Translations under genes and position numbers: made by a program | Part shown: piece by piece, positions 36,176 to 44,585 of the stretch | How the letters are laid out: each line of letters begins with the position of its first letter | Numbering within the stretch: position 1 is the stretch's first letter | The notes under the pieces: generated by a model | What the model was told of the DNA's origin: nothing | Databases searched by the model: none | Seen by the model: the letters and a program-made list of their open reading frames with translations, nothing else | Assembly: GCA_963665325.3 (NCBI GenBank) | Contig: CAXXWS020000002.1 | Span: 480,001 to 544,000 of the forward strand | Direction of reading: 5' to 3' | DNA length: 64,000 bases | DNA from: Alphaproteobacteria bacterium | GTDB lineage: Bacteria > Pseudomonadota > Alphaproteobacteria > Bin95

Positions 36176-36673
36176 TCACGCCGTCCGCCGGGCCGAGCCG
36201 CCGGGTCCGGTATCGGCCGGTGCCTCCGGCGTTTCGGGCGCGCCGTCGGCTTCCGGCATGAACGCTTCGGCGACGACCGCCGCCCGTTCCTCGCCCAGCA
36301 CCTCGCGCAGCAGCTCCATCGCCCGCTCGCGCCGGCCCTCGCGCGCCATCTTGCGCAGCGGCTCCTCCAGCAGGGCGCGGATGTCGTCCTGCACCTGCCG
36401 GGCCGCCTCGCCGTCTGCATCCAGACCCCGCGCCAGTTCCGTCACCCCGTCCAGAAAGGCGCGCTGCCGCCCCTCGTCCAGAACCAGCGGCTGCGCCTTC
36501 TTCCCCTTCGGCGAAGGGTCCACGGTCAGCGCGCAATGCACCCACCAGGCCGACACCGACATGCCGGCCCGCCTCGCGCCCTCCCGGACCGCTTCCCATT
36601 CCTCGTCGGTAGCGCAGACCGTGTGCGTCATGCCCTTCGCGCCGCGCCCGCCCGGCTTGCTCCGCTTCCTCAT
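36176..36673 (-). CDS. Ribbon-helix-helix protein (MobC/NikA-like)
   Basis: HTVCATDEEWEAVREGARRAGMSVSAW; ATGA-coupled to dotB. Confidence 0.65.
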   Translation of the reverse strand: MRKRSKPGGRGAKGMTHTVCATDEEWEAVREGARRAGMSVSAWWVHCALTVDPSPKGKKAQPLVLDEGRQRAFLDGVTELARGLDADGEAARQVQDDIRALLEEPLRKMAREGRRERAMELLREVLGEERAAVVAEAFMPEADGAPETPEAPADTGPGGSARRTA

Positions 36674-37824
36674 CTTCGCTTCTTCCTGTCGCGCGGTCCG
36701 TCGCCAAGGTCGCCCGAGGCGGCGAGCGCGCGGGCCAGGTCGGCGCTGCCGATCCGCCCCTCGCCATGCGCGCGGGCCGCCGCAGCGCCGAGGCCGCCGC
36801 AGCGCGCCTTCACCTCCTCGCCGATCTCCCGGGGCCAGCGTTCCCGCGGCGTGGCGAACAGCCGGCGCTTCAGGTCCCCGTCGAACACGAGCCACTCCCG
36901 GAGCGCCGTCCGGCCGCCCTCGGGGTTCGGGACCAGCATCTGCGTCACCACCAGCGTCAGGCCGTCCAGCAGCGCTACCGCCCGCTCCGCCCGCTCGTCC
37001 GGAGGAAACGCCGTCAGCAGGCGCCGGATCGCGGCCGAGACCCCCACCACATGCGCCGTCGAATAGACCGCAATCCCGAAATCCGCCGCATTGACCACGG
37101 CCTCGATCGTCTCGAGATCGCGCGCCTCGCCCACCATTACCGCCGCCGGACGACGGCGGAGCGCCGCGCGCAGGCCGTCGGCAAAGCTCCCCACATGCGT
37201 CGGGACCTCGGTCTGCTCGATGAACGCCCGGCCCGCCCTCACGCCGTCGAGCTGGAACTCGATCGGGCTCTCGAAGGTCTGCACCTTGCCGAGGCCCCGC
37301 TCCAGCAGACGGCGCATCGCGGCCGCCAGAATGGTGGACTTGCCCGAGCCCGGCACGCCGGTGACCAGGCATATCCCCTCGCCCAGCTGGAGCGCATCCA
37401 CGATCTGGGCCTCCACGCCGAGCGCGCCCAGCTCCGGAATGTCCTCCGGCAGAACCCGGAGCGCGACGCCCATGCCCCAGCGCCCGCGCGTCTGGAGCGG
37501 CAGCATGTTCACCCGGAACCGCCGGCGCTCCCGCCCCGGACCCCGGGCGGTGTGGCTGCAGTCGATCGCGCCGCCGCCGCGAAGCTCGGTCTCCGCCCGC
37601 TCGCGGCTCACATGCAAGGCGCCCGCAACCCGCGCCATGGCCGGGCCGTCGAGAGCCCCGCCGGTCGCATGCCTGAGGCGCCCGTCCACCTCCATGAACG
37701 CCGGCAGGCCCGTAGAGAACGCGATATCGGTCGCACCCTCGTCCGCCGCCCAGAGCAGGAACTCGTCGAGCCGCTCGGTCGGGAACGCATGCGCCGCCGG
37801 CTCCCAGAGCGCGGCGTCGGTCAC
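36670..37824 (-). CDS. dotB: DotB/TraJ PilT-like secretion ATPase
   Basis: RFRVN, GVPGSGKST, FESPIEF, ALRRRP..VMVGEARD; GTG start coupled to ssb. Confidence 0.9.
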   Translation of the reverse strand: MTDAALWEPAAHAFPTERLDEFLLWAADEGATDIAFSTGLPAFMEVDGRLRHATGGALDGPAMARVAGALHVSRERAETELRGGGAIDCSHTARGPGRERRRFRVNMLPLQTRGRWGMGVALRVLPEDIPELGALGVEAQIVDALQLGEGICLVTGVPGSGKSTILAAAMRRLLERGLGKVQTFESPIEFQLDGVRAGRAFIEQTEVPTHVGSFADGLRAALRRRPAAVMVGEARDLETIEAVVNAADFGIAVYSTAHVVGVSAAIRRLLTAFPPDERAERAVALLDGLTLVVTQMLVPNPEGGRTALREWLVFDGDLKRRLFATPRERWPREIGEEVKARCGGLGAAAARAHGEGRIGSADLARALAASGDLGDGPRDRKKRR

Positions 37825-38264
37825 GAGCCCTCTCCCTTCGCCGGAACCCGCCGCCAATGGGCGCGCACCAGCACCCGGCGCTCGGCGCCCATCCACTCGG
37901 GCTCGGCCTCGGCGCCGGCCTCGCGCGGGGGCCCGTCCAGCCGGTTCAGCCAGCCGCGCGCGCCCGCCAGCACCACCAGCGCAACCCGCCCGGACCGCTC
38001 CTCGCCGCTCAGCTCCCGGTATTCGAGGCGGCCCATCACCTGCAGCGCAGCACCCTTGACCACCAGCCGCCGCGCCACGTCCGCCAGCGCGCCCACCGCG
38101 CGCACATGATGCCACTCGACGCTCTCCTCATACTCGCCGCCGCGCCGGTAGCGCCGGAGGTTCGTCGCCAGCGAGAAATCCGCGATCTCGGTCTCGCCAG
38201 CCTTGCGTATCTCGGCATCCTTGCCGGCATGCCCAACCAGGTGGACGTCCGAAAGGTTCAGCAT
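37821..38264 (-). CDS. ssb: Single-stranded DNA-binding protein
   Basis: VHLVGHAGKDAEIR, FSLATN, EWH, KGA...V.GRLEYR; GGAGG RBS; lacks DDIPF-type tail. Confidence 0.88.
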   Translation of the reverse strand: MLNLSDVHLVGHAGKDAEIRKAGETEIADFSLATNLRRYRRGGEYEESVEWHHVRAVGALADVARRLVVKGAALQVMGRLEYRELSGEERSGRVALVVLAGARGWLNRLDGPPREAGAEAEPEWMGAERRVLVRAHWRRVPAKGEGS

Positions 38265-38286
38265 GGCAACCGCCTCCTTCCGCTCC

Positions 38287-38414
38287 GCGGAAAATCAAAA
38301 CCTAAAGTTTCGGACTTGATATTTCCTTGTTGTTTCATTGGCTTGCCGGCCTCCCTCCACACCGCGAGCGCCGGCGGAAAATCAAAAGTCCGATTTTCGG
38401 ACAGTTGATATTTC
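38287..38414. promoter_or_regulatory. Two directly repeated imperfect palindromes upstream of ssb
   Basis: GCGGAAAATCAAAA-N7-TTTCGGAC(AG)TTGATATTTC at 38287-38325 and 38374-38414. Confidence 0.65.
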
Positions 38415-38424
38415 GCCCTGCCTC

Positions 38425-39279
38425 TCATGGCCTTGCCCGCCCGCTGCCCTCGTCCACCGTCGGCAGCGGCTTCCACTCGCGCGGCAGGAGGTTGAAGGCG
38501 GACCGCGCGCCGAGGCGCACCACCGTCTCCGATATGCGCAGCAGCCGCTCATGGCCCGACACGGCCGTCACCTCGGTCTCTGTCCCGGGCGCGCTCACCA
38601 TCGCCGCCCGGCGAAGCCGGTGCCAGCGCACCACGCCCTCGAATGCCGCAACCAGCCGCTCCAGGTCCGAGGCATGGATATCGTCGGCCAGCCGGACCCC
38701 GTGCTTCCAGCCTTCCTCCAGCCAGCCGTTCCAGCGCCGGCGTTCCTCCGCGTTGCGCGGGAACAGCACCGACGCCGGAGGCCGGGCCGCCTCCCACCCC
38801 CGCTCCAGCCAGTCGCGCCAGACCGGCGGCGCGCCCACGATCCGCTCCCCGGCCGCGATGCGGAGCACGCGTCTCGCGCTCGCCGCCCTGCCGGGCTCGA
38901 TCCGGATCGCGTCCCGCGTCTCCGCCAGAACGGGCGGCATCACCTGGAACCCGCCCCGGTCCAGCAGCAGCGCCCGGAAGTCGAATACCTGAGAGAGCGC
39001 CTTCGACCGCTTCTCCAGCAGCCGCGCAATCTCCCGGCCGCGATGCGCCAGGCCCGCCTGCGAGGCCCATGACAAGGCCGCCAGACGCTGCGCCTCGCCC
39101 CGGCGCTTCGCCGCCCGCTCCTTCTCGCCGCCGTCGCTTTCGGGCGCCTCCATCTCCTTCAACGCCTGCAGGCTGGTTACAGGGCTGTTACCTGCCACCA
39201 CATCCGGCGCTGCCCGGACCGGCATGACACCCGCCAGCAGCAGCGCGGCCGCGAACAAGACCGGCACCACCCGCTTCAT
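38425..39279 (-). CDS. dotC: DotC/TraI type IVB secretion protein
   Basis: A.S.ASQAGL, LSQVFDF..LL, PPVL.E, PPVWRDWL, W..G...A..I...L.RL. Confidence 0.88.
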   Translation of the reverse strand: MKRVVPVLFAAALLLAGVMPVRAAPDVVAGNSPVTSLQALKEMEAPESDGGEKERAAKRRGEAQRLAALSWASQAGLAHRGREIARLLEKRSKALSQVFDFRALLLDRGGFQVMPPVLAETRDAIRIEPGRAASARRVLRIAAGERIVGAPPVWRDWLERGWEAARPPASVLFPRNAEERRRWNGWLEEGWKHGVRLADDIHASDLERLVAAFEGVVRWHRLRRAAMVSAPGTETEVTAVSGHERLLRISETVVRLGARSAFNLLPREWKPLPTVDEGSGRARP

Positions 39280-39905
39280 CCGGACGTTCCTCCGGCCTCG
39301 TTCGCCGCCGGCGCTGCCTGCCTTCTGCGCAAGACGCCCACCGCCACGCCGTCCGCATATCCCGCGCCCGCTATCGCCACGGACAGGATGTCCGGCGCAA
39401 TGGCCAGCAGCGCCGGCGAGCCGAACAACACCGCCGCGAAGCCGATGGTGGCGATCGCCACGCGGCTCTCCCTGAAGGCTGTCCGGGCCAGCAACCCGTT
39501 CTCGACGCCCCAACGCCGTGCCGCCCAGAACGAAAACCCGAACAGCGCGCACCAGCAACCGCCGGCAACTGCGATATGCTTCCAGCCTGCCGTTTGCGGT
39601 CCCAATGCACACACCGTCAGCGACCAGGCGAGAGCCAGCGTCAATATGAGAGAGATCCCCGCATCATGGAAAGAATCGCCGACCTCCTCTGGAGCCTTAC
39701 ATGCTTCGCCGGATACTTCTTTTCCGTTCTCTTCGTGGTCCTCCTGACTTACCGCCTCCGCGCCATCCTGTGGGGGCAACACACTTCCCGATCGTCCTGG
39801 ATCACCTTTCTGTTCTTCGCGATTCTGGCCGGCGCGCTGGTCCTGCCCTGCTACGTCGATCTCAGCTTTCGACCCTCGCCCGCTCGCTGGTGAACGCCTC
39901 CTCAT
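39276..39905 (-). CDS. Hypothetical membrane protein (start uncertain)
   Basis: ATGA overlaps at both ends; ~4 TMs in C-terminal part; N-terminal part overlaps a plausible plus-strand ORF. Confidence 0.55.
   Translation of the reverse strand: MRRRSPASGRGSKAEIDVAGQDQRAGQNREEQKGDPGRSGSVLPPQDGAEAVSQEDHEENGKEVSGEACKAPEEVGDSFHDAGISLILTLALAWSLTVCALGPQTAGWKHIAVAGGCWCALFGFSFWAARRWGVENGLLARTAFRESRVAIATIGFAAVLFGSPALLAIAPDILSVAIAGAGYADGVAVGVLRRRQAAPAANEAGGTSG
39666..39893 (+). CDS. Possible small 2-TM protein antisense to the operon
   Basis: MERIADLLWSLTCFAGYFFSVLFVVLL...WITFLFFAILAGALVL; lower GC segment. Confidence 0.35.
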   Translation: MERIADLLWSLTCFAGYFFSVLFVVLLTYRLRAILWGQHTSRSSWITFLFFAILAGALVLPCYVDLSFRPSPARW

Positions 39906-40528
39906 CGCCCACTCCCTTCCGCGTTACCGCGGTGCGTCACCGAGAGCGTCCTGCCGCCGGGCGCGATCGCGGCCTCCGGCGCGCGGTCCAGCCCGGATAG
40001 GGAATCCGCGAGCGCGCCGACGGCCTCCGCGAACGTCCCCCGGAAGCGGCGCGTCTCGTGAACCCGGTATGTCCGGTCCGTCAGCCAGACGAGCTCGACA
40101 CCCACCATGGCGCTCCAGCGCGCCAGCGCCTCCTGCAGCGTCTCACCCTGCGCGACGCTCCAGTCGGCGACGCCCCGGCCCACCGTCGCGAGCTCGACCT
40201 CGCCGGGGGGCAGGCCCGCGGGGCGCACATGCACCTCGTCATCGTGGCGCTGCCAGGCGAGGCCGAAATCGAAGAGCAGCATCTTCCAGTCCGCATGGAC
40301 CGCCCGCGCCCGCCGGCTCGTGTCCACACGCCGGTCCCAGCGCAGCGTCATCCCCTTCGGGGCGAGCCTGGCCGCGACCTCCGCGATCCCGAGCCGGTCC
40401 GCCGGCCCGTGGATGAACAGCGACCGGTCCGACTGCACGGGCGCATAGGCGAACCCCGCATCCGCCGGCAGAGGCATGGCCGCCGGGAGCGCCGCCAGCA
40501 CCGCAAGCACTGCCGGGACCGCTTTCAC
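39902..40528 (-). CDS. TcpQ-domain protein
   Basis: Signal peptide; WSVAQGETLQEALARW....G.ELVW.....Y.V...F.GTF.EAV. Confidence 0.75.
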   Translation of the reverse strand: MKAVPAVLAVLAALPAAMPLPADAGFAYAPVQSDRSLFIHGPADRLGIAEVAARLAPKGMTLRWDRRVDTSRRARAVHADWKMLLFDFGLAWQRHDDEVHVRPAGLPPGEVELATVGRGVADWSVAQGETLQEALARWSAMVGVELVWLTDRTYRVHETRRFRGTFAEAVGALADSLSGLDRAPEAAIAPGGRTLSVTHRGNAEGSGR

Positions 40529-41064
40529 GAACCGTCCTCCGCCGGAGGTGCGGCGCTCTCCGCCTTCGGTCCGATCCAGTCGAGCCGCACCTGCATCCGC
40601 CCGGCATCGACGGTCAGCACCGCCTGCTCCCTCGCCTGCAGGCCCACGTCGCGCAGCACGAAGATCGCGGGCTCGTCCTTTACCTCGATCTCCACCATCA
40701 CCGGCGCCGGCGGCCGCGTGCCCGCGACCACGAAATCGTAGCCGATCTCGTCGGCCAGGCGCTCCGCCAGCCGCTCCAGCGGACCCAGCCAGTCGAGCGT
40801 CACCCGCGTCTGCAGCTCCGGCGTCACCAGGCGCGGCATATCCACGGCGGGCGCCGCGCCGGCCGCGCGGTCCTCCGCGAGCCGCGTCAGCGCCTCCTGC
40901 GCGAGGATCATGGCCTCGGCCATGCGAACCTCCGCCGGGTCGCTCACCGCTGCCGCCTCATCCTTGCCGGGGCGATCCTTGGTCCAGTCCAGGTCGAGCG
41001 ACTGGCAGCCCGCAAGCGCGAGCGCGCCGAGCGCCATGCCGCCGAGCGCGGCTGCCGCGCTCAT
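40525..41064 (-). CDS. dotD: DotD/TraH lipoprotein
   Basis: LAGC lipobox; VTLDWLGP.E.L...LA..IGY, LRDVGLQA. Confidence 0.88.
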   Translation of the reverse strand: MSAAAALGGMALGALALAGCQSLDLDWTKDRPGKDEAAAVSDPAEVRMAEAMILAQEALTRLAEDRAAGAAPAVDMPRLVTPELQTRVTLDWLGPLERLAERLADEIGYDFVVAGTRPPAPVMVEIEVKDEPAIFVLRDVGLQAREQAVLTVDAGRMQVRLDWIGPKAESAAPPAEDGS

Positions 41065-42134
41065 TGCGCTGCACTCCCGATATCGCGCACCACCAGCCAG
41101 CGGTTCGGATAGGCGGTCACGCTCAGCAGCCGGCGCATCGGCGCGATCGCCAGCAGCGCATCGGCCGCCTTCAGGAACCCCTCTTCCTCCGTCTCGCCCG
41201 CAGGGAACGCCGCCGCCGCTCCGACCTCGAACTTCCGCTTCGTCTCCCAGGCCAGGCTCCAGCCGGCGCGCTCCGCCCAGGCGCGCAGCACACCCTCCAC
41301 GGTCCCGTGCCGCGCCGGGTCTACGCCCCAGCCGGCCGGTTCTGCCGGCGCCGCGGCCGCTGGCGACGCCTCGCCCTGTCCTTCCAGCGCCGCGCGAGCT
41401 TCACCGTCCACAGGCGCTGCGGGTCCTGCTTCCACTCCCCCCGGAACGCCAGACGCCAGACGCCCCGCCGGATCCATTTCCGCACGGGCCCGTTCCTCCC
41501 CGTCTTCCAGTTCACCCGCCCCGTCGACCCGGGCCGCGTCCGCCTCGGTCTCGGCAAGCGCGGCGAGCAGATCGACCGCGACGCCGGACGGGAGCCTCAG
41601 CGCCTCGCGCTGCTCGCTGTCGGCATGGCGGAAGAACACCAGCCGCCCGTCCGACCAGGTCCAGTCATAGCCCGACAGACGCGCCAGCTCGTCCAGCACC
41701 GCCGGCACGGTCCCGGTCATGACCAGGCCGAACGGCACCGGCGCACCGTGGATGACCTGCTCGCCGGCGACGCGGCCCGGCCGCTCCTCGAGCGCCGCCT
41801 CGACGCTCATCAGTTCGGCAATCCGTCCGACCAGCTCCCGGAACGCCAGCGGCTCCAGCTGCCTGACCGCGATCTCCCTGGCCGCAAGCTCTGGAGGCAG
41901 GGCGCGCGACGGCGCATCCACGCTCACCGTCGCCGGCAGGGGACGTGCAGCCCGAGCCGGGCCCGCTGCCCGCTCGTCCGCCGCATCCGCTGACGCGAGC
42001 GCCAGGACTGCGGCGGCCAGGACGAACGCCATGAGCAGCAGAAGCTCCGCACCCGTGCGGTCCGCCCGCCGCCGGCGCGCGTGGCGGCCTCCCGAAGGCA
42101 TCCAGGCCCGCATGTCCGCCACACGCCGCGTCAT
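41061..42134 (-). CDS. TcpQ-domain (PilL-like) periplasmic protein
   Basis: TM/signal; secretin-N-like G....VLDELA..SGY.W; C-term TV..VL..WAERAGW.L.W. Confidence 0.65.
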   Translation of the reverse strand: MTRRVADMRAWMPSGGRHARRRRADRTGAELLLLMAFVLAAAVLALASADAADERAAGPARAARPLPATVSVDAPSRALPPELAAREIAVRQLEPLAFRELVGRIAELMSVEAALEERPGRVAGEQVIHGAPVPFGLVMTGTVPAVLDELARLSGYDWTWSDGRLVFFRHADSEQREALRLPSGVAVDLLAALAETEADAARVDGAGELEDGEERARAEMDPAGRLASGVPGGVEAGPAAPVDGEARAALEGQGEASPAAAAPAEPAGWGVDPARHGTVEGVLRAWAERAGWSLAWETKRKFEVGAAAAFPAGETEEEGFLKAADALLAIAPMRRLLSVTAYPNRWLVVRDIGSAAQ

Positions 42135-42709
42135 CGGCCCGCTCCCGCGCAGCGCCGCAGGGCCGTCCGCGCCTCGCGGTTCTCGCCCTCGCCGATCCGG
42201 TTCCAGACCGAGTTGTGGCCGTTCGAGACCAGCGCGCCCGTCACCACCGCCGCATCGACGAAGCGCAGCACATCCGCCTTGTCGGCGATGACCGGGCTGT
42301 GAAAGCCCGCCGCCGGACCGCCGCCGCGCACGACCGGACCGAACCGCTCCACCGGCCCGTCCGGATGGCCCGCGGCCGCCTGCACCGGCTTGCCGGCAGG
42401 AACCGTCCCGAAGGACAGATAGGCCTCCGCCTGCCCCGACGCCCGCTCGCACTGCACCGCGAAGCCGATACGCGGCCCGTTGTCGTCCCCGGTGAGCGGC
42501 TCCGCCACGGCGATCGTCAGGTAATCCCCGTCATCGACCCGGATCGCGAACGACCGCGCCTCGGGCGTCTCGACACGCTGCGCATGCGCGGCCGCGGGCA
42601 ACCCGCATGACAACGCCAGAAACAGCGCGACCGGTGCCGCAACAGGCGGGCCACTTCTATTCTCTCGTCGCACCGAAAGCCCCCACGATCCCGTTTCGCT
42701 GGAAAACAC
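42131..42709 (-). CDS. Hypothetical secreted protein (start uncertain)
   Basis: Signal-like LFLALSCGLPAAAHA; stop overlaps next start. Confidence 0.6.
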   Translation of the reverse strand: MFSSETGSWGLSVRRENRSGPPVAAPVALFLALSCGLPAAAHAQRVETPEARSFAIRVDDGDYLTIAVAEPLTGDDNGPRIGFAVQCERASGQAEAYLSFGTVPAGKPVQAAAGHPDGPVERFGPVVRGGGPAAGFHSPVIADKADVLRFVDAAVVTGALVSNGHNSVWNRIGEGENREARTALRRCAGAGR

Positions 42710-44582
42710 CGCCTGCCTCGTTATGGCCGGCGCCGTAGAACCGGCCCTCGATCGAGCCGTTCATATCGCTCGCCTCGAACGCGCCCTGCGCGACAGAAAT
42801 GCCTTCCCATCGCATGTCCGAAACCACACCGCCTCCGGTGTCCGTCATTCCCGTGAGTGCGACGTCCACGTCCGGTGCCGCCAGATCGTCGATGGCGAGC
42901 TCGGCATCGCCCCCGATGCGCAGGCCGCTTGTCCCGTCGAGGCCCACCACCGATCCCTGCCATACCGCCCTGCCGATCCCTGCCGGGTTCGTCTCCGGCC
43001 AGGCCCCGAACGAAACCGCGGTCGTCCCGTCCACCAGGCCGAATACGCTGTCCTCGAACAAGGAGCCCCGGAAGCCGGACCCGTCGCCCCGCGCCAGCCG
43101 CTCCGCCAGCGCGTCCACGTCCAGGGCCCCCGACGCGCTCGAGGCGAAGCTGTCCGAACCCGCAAGCCGCTCGCCGCGCCGCCAGTCCGACGGCTCCACA
43201 TGGTCGCCCCGATGCATCCCGCGACCGGCCGTCCGCGCCTCGTCTTCCTCATCGACATAGTCGTCGGCATATTGCCGGTAGGCGAGCGCCCAGCCGTTCG
43301 CGACCAGCCACGCATTCACGTCGATCCCGCCCGAGGAGCACTGGCCGATCGTGCGCCCGAAGCCGTCCGTCCCGCTGCCCGTGCAGCTCAACCCCGCAGC
43401 ATGAGACCGCAGCGCCTCCGTCGCCGCCGCGCCGCAACCCCATGACCGGCCCCAGGCCCGGCAGGTCTGCCGGCTCTCAGGCGCATCGATGCCGAACAGC
43501 CGGTAGCGCACGCCGTCGATATCGACCGTGTCGCCGTCTATCACCCGGACCTCCCTGGCCGGCGCTACCGTCCCCGACCCGGGCGGGTTCGACCCGGAAC
43601 CGGATACGGCGCCGAAGGCCCCCAGGATCCCGTTCTGCTCGAAGACGCCGGCGACTTCGTCCCTGTCGGGTCCGAAGAAGCCGCCCCTTATCCGGTTGCC
43701 GGCAACGCCCGCGTCGAAGGCCATTCTCGCCGTCACGTCGACCTCGGGCTCCTCGCCGGGCTCCAGCTCGCCCTCCTCCTCGACCGTCGTCTCCGTCACG
43801 TCGTGCAGGCTGACCGGCACATCCACGAAGCTCGCATCGGCAAACGACGCGCCGGTCGACACGCTCACAATGTCGGTGAAGGCCGCATCGATCCGACCGA
43901 CGACATCGCCGTCTTCGGCATCGTCGCCGAGCGCCTCGACCGACCGGTAGGTGAGCGCCGCATCGCCATGCAGACGCCCTTCCGAAAACCCGCCGGTATC
44001 CGTCACCCCGACCATCCGGCCCCGCCAGACCGCGTTCACGTCCCGGCCCTCGGCGACCTCCGTCAGCCCCCCGAGCGCCAGCCCGTAGCGAAACTCGCGA
44101 AGCTCCGCATCCATGCCCGCGCGCTCCAGCAATACGCCGAAGCCGGCATGGCGCATCCAGCCGCCCCAGCTCTGCGCATCGAGGTCCGGCGCCCAAACCA
44201 CGTCGATACCGCCAATCCGCTCGACAACGCCGGCGCTGGCGAGCGGTCCGGCATTGCCGATGCCGATCCCGCCGCCGCCCGACCCCGAGCAGCTCAGCCC
44301 CGAACATGCGGTGTCATGGACCGCGCTCTCGCCGTACCCGCGTTCCTCATGCACGCTCGTTGCGAACAGCGCATCCGCGCCTCCCAGAACCGAAGCCGCC
44401 CGCACCGAAGCGGCCCTTTCCCCATCCTCCGGCAAAGGCGTCGGTCTCTCTCCCGGCTCCGGACCCGCCGGCGCGATCCGGGCCGCTGGCCGCGACGGTC
44501 CCCCGTCGCCGCCGCAGGCCGACAGAACCGCGCCGCATGCCAGCAAGGCCGCGGCCAGACGCCCGTATCCCGATCCGCGCAT
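42657..44582 (-). CDS. Surface lipoprotein: TbpB-like barrel, thermonuclease (SNase), TbpB-like barrel
   Basis: LSAC lipobox; IRGGFFGP...EVAGVF...ILGAFGA and IEGRFYG...EAGGVF...IVGAFGA; SNase VIDGDT..RLFGIDAPE, DGFGRT, LV.NGWA. Confidence 0.85.
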   Translation of the reverse strand: MRGSGYGRLAAALLACGAVLSACGGDGGPSRPAARIAPAGPEPGERPTPLPEDGERAASVRAASVLGGADALFATSVHEERGYGESAVHDTACSGLSCSGSGGGGIGIGNAGPLASAGVVERIGGIDVVWAPDLDAQSWGGWMRHAGFGVLLERAGMDAELREFRYGLALGGLTEVAEGRDVNAVWRGRMVGVTDTGGFSEGRLHGDAALTYRSVEALGDDAEDGDVVGRIDAAFTDIVSVSTGASFADASFVDVPVSLHDVTETTVEEEGELEPGEEPEVDVTARMAFDAGVAGNRIRGGFFGPDRDEVAGVFEQNGILGAFGAVSGSGSNPPGSGTVAPAREVRVIDGDTVDIDGVRYRLFGIDAPESRQTCRAWGRSWGCGAAATEALRSHAAGLSCTGSGTDGFGRTIGQCSSGGIDVNAWLVANGWALAYRQYADDYVDEEDEARTAGRGMHRGDHVEPSDWRRGERLAGSDSFASSASGALDVDALAERLARGDGSGFRGSLFEDSVFGLVDGTTAVSFGAWPETNPAGIGRAVWQGSVVGLDGTSGLRIGGDAELAIDDLAAPDVDVALTGMTDTGGGVVSDMRWEGISVAQGAFEASDMNGSIEGRFYGAGHNEAGGVFQRNGIVGAFGATRE

Positions 44583-44585
44583 CGC

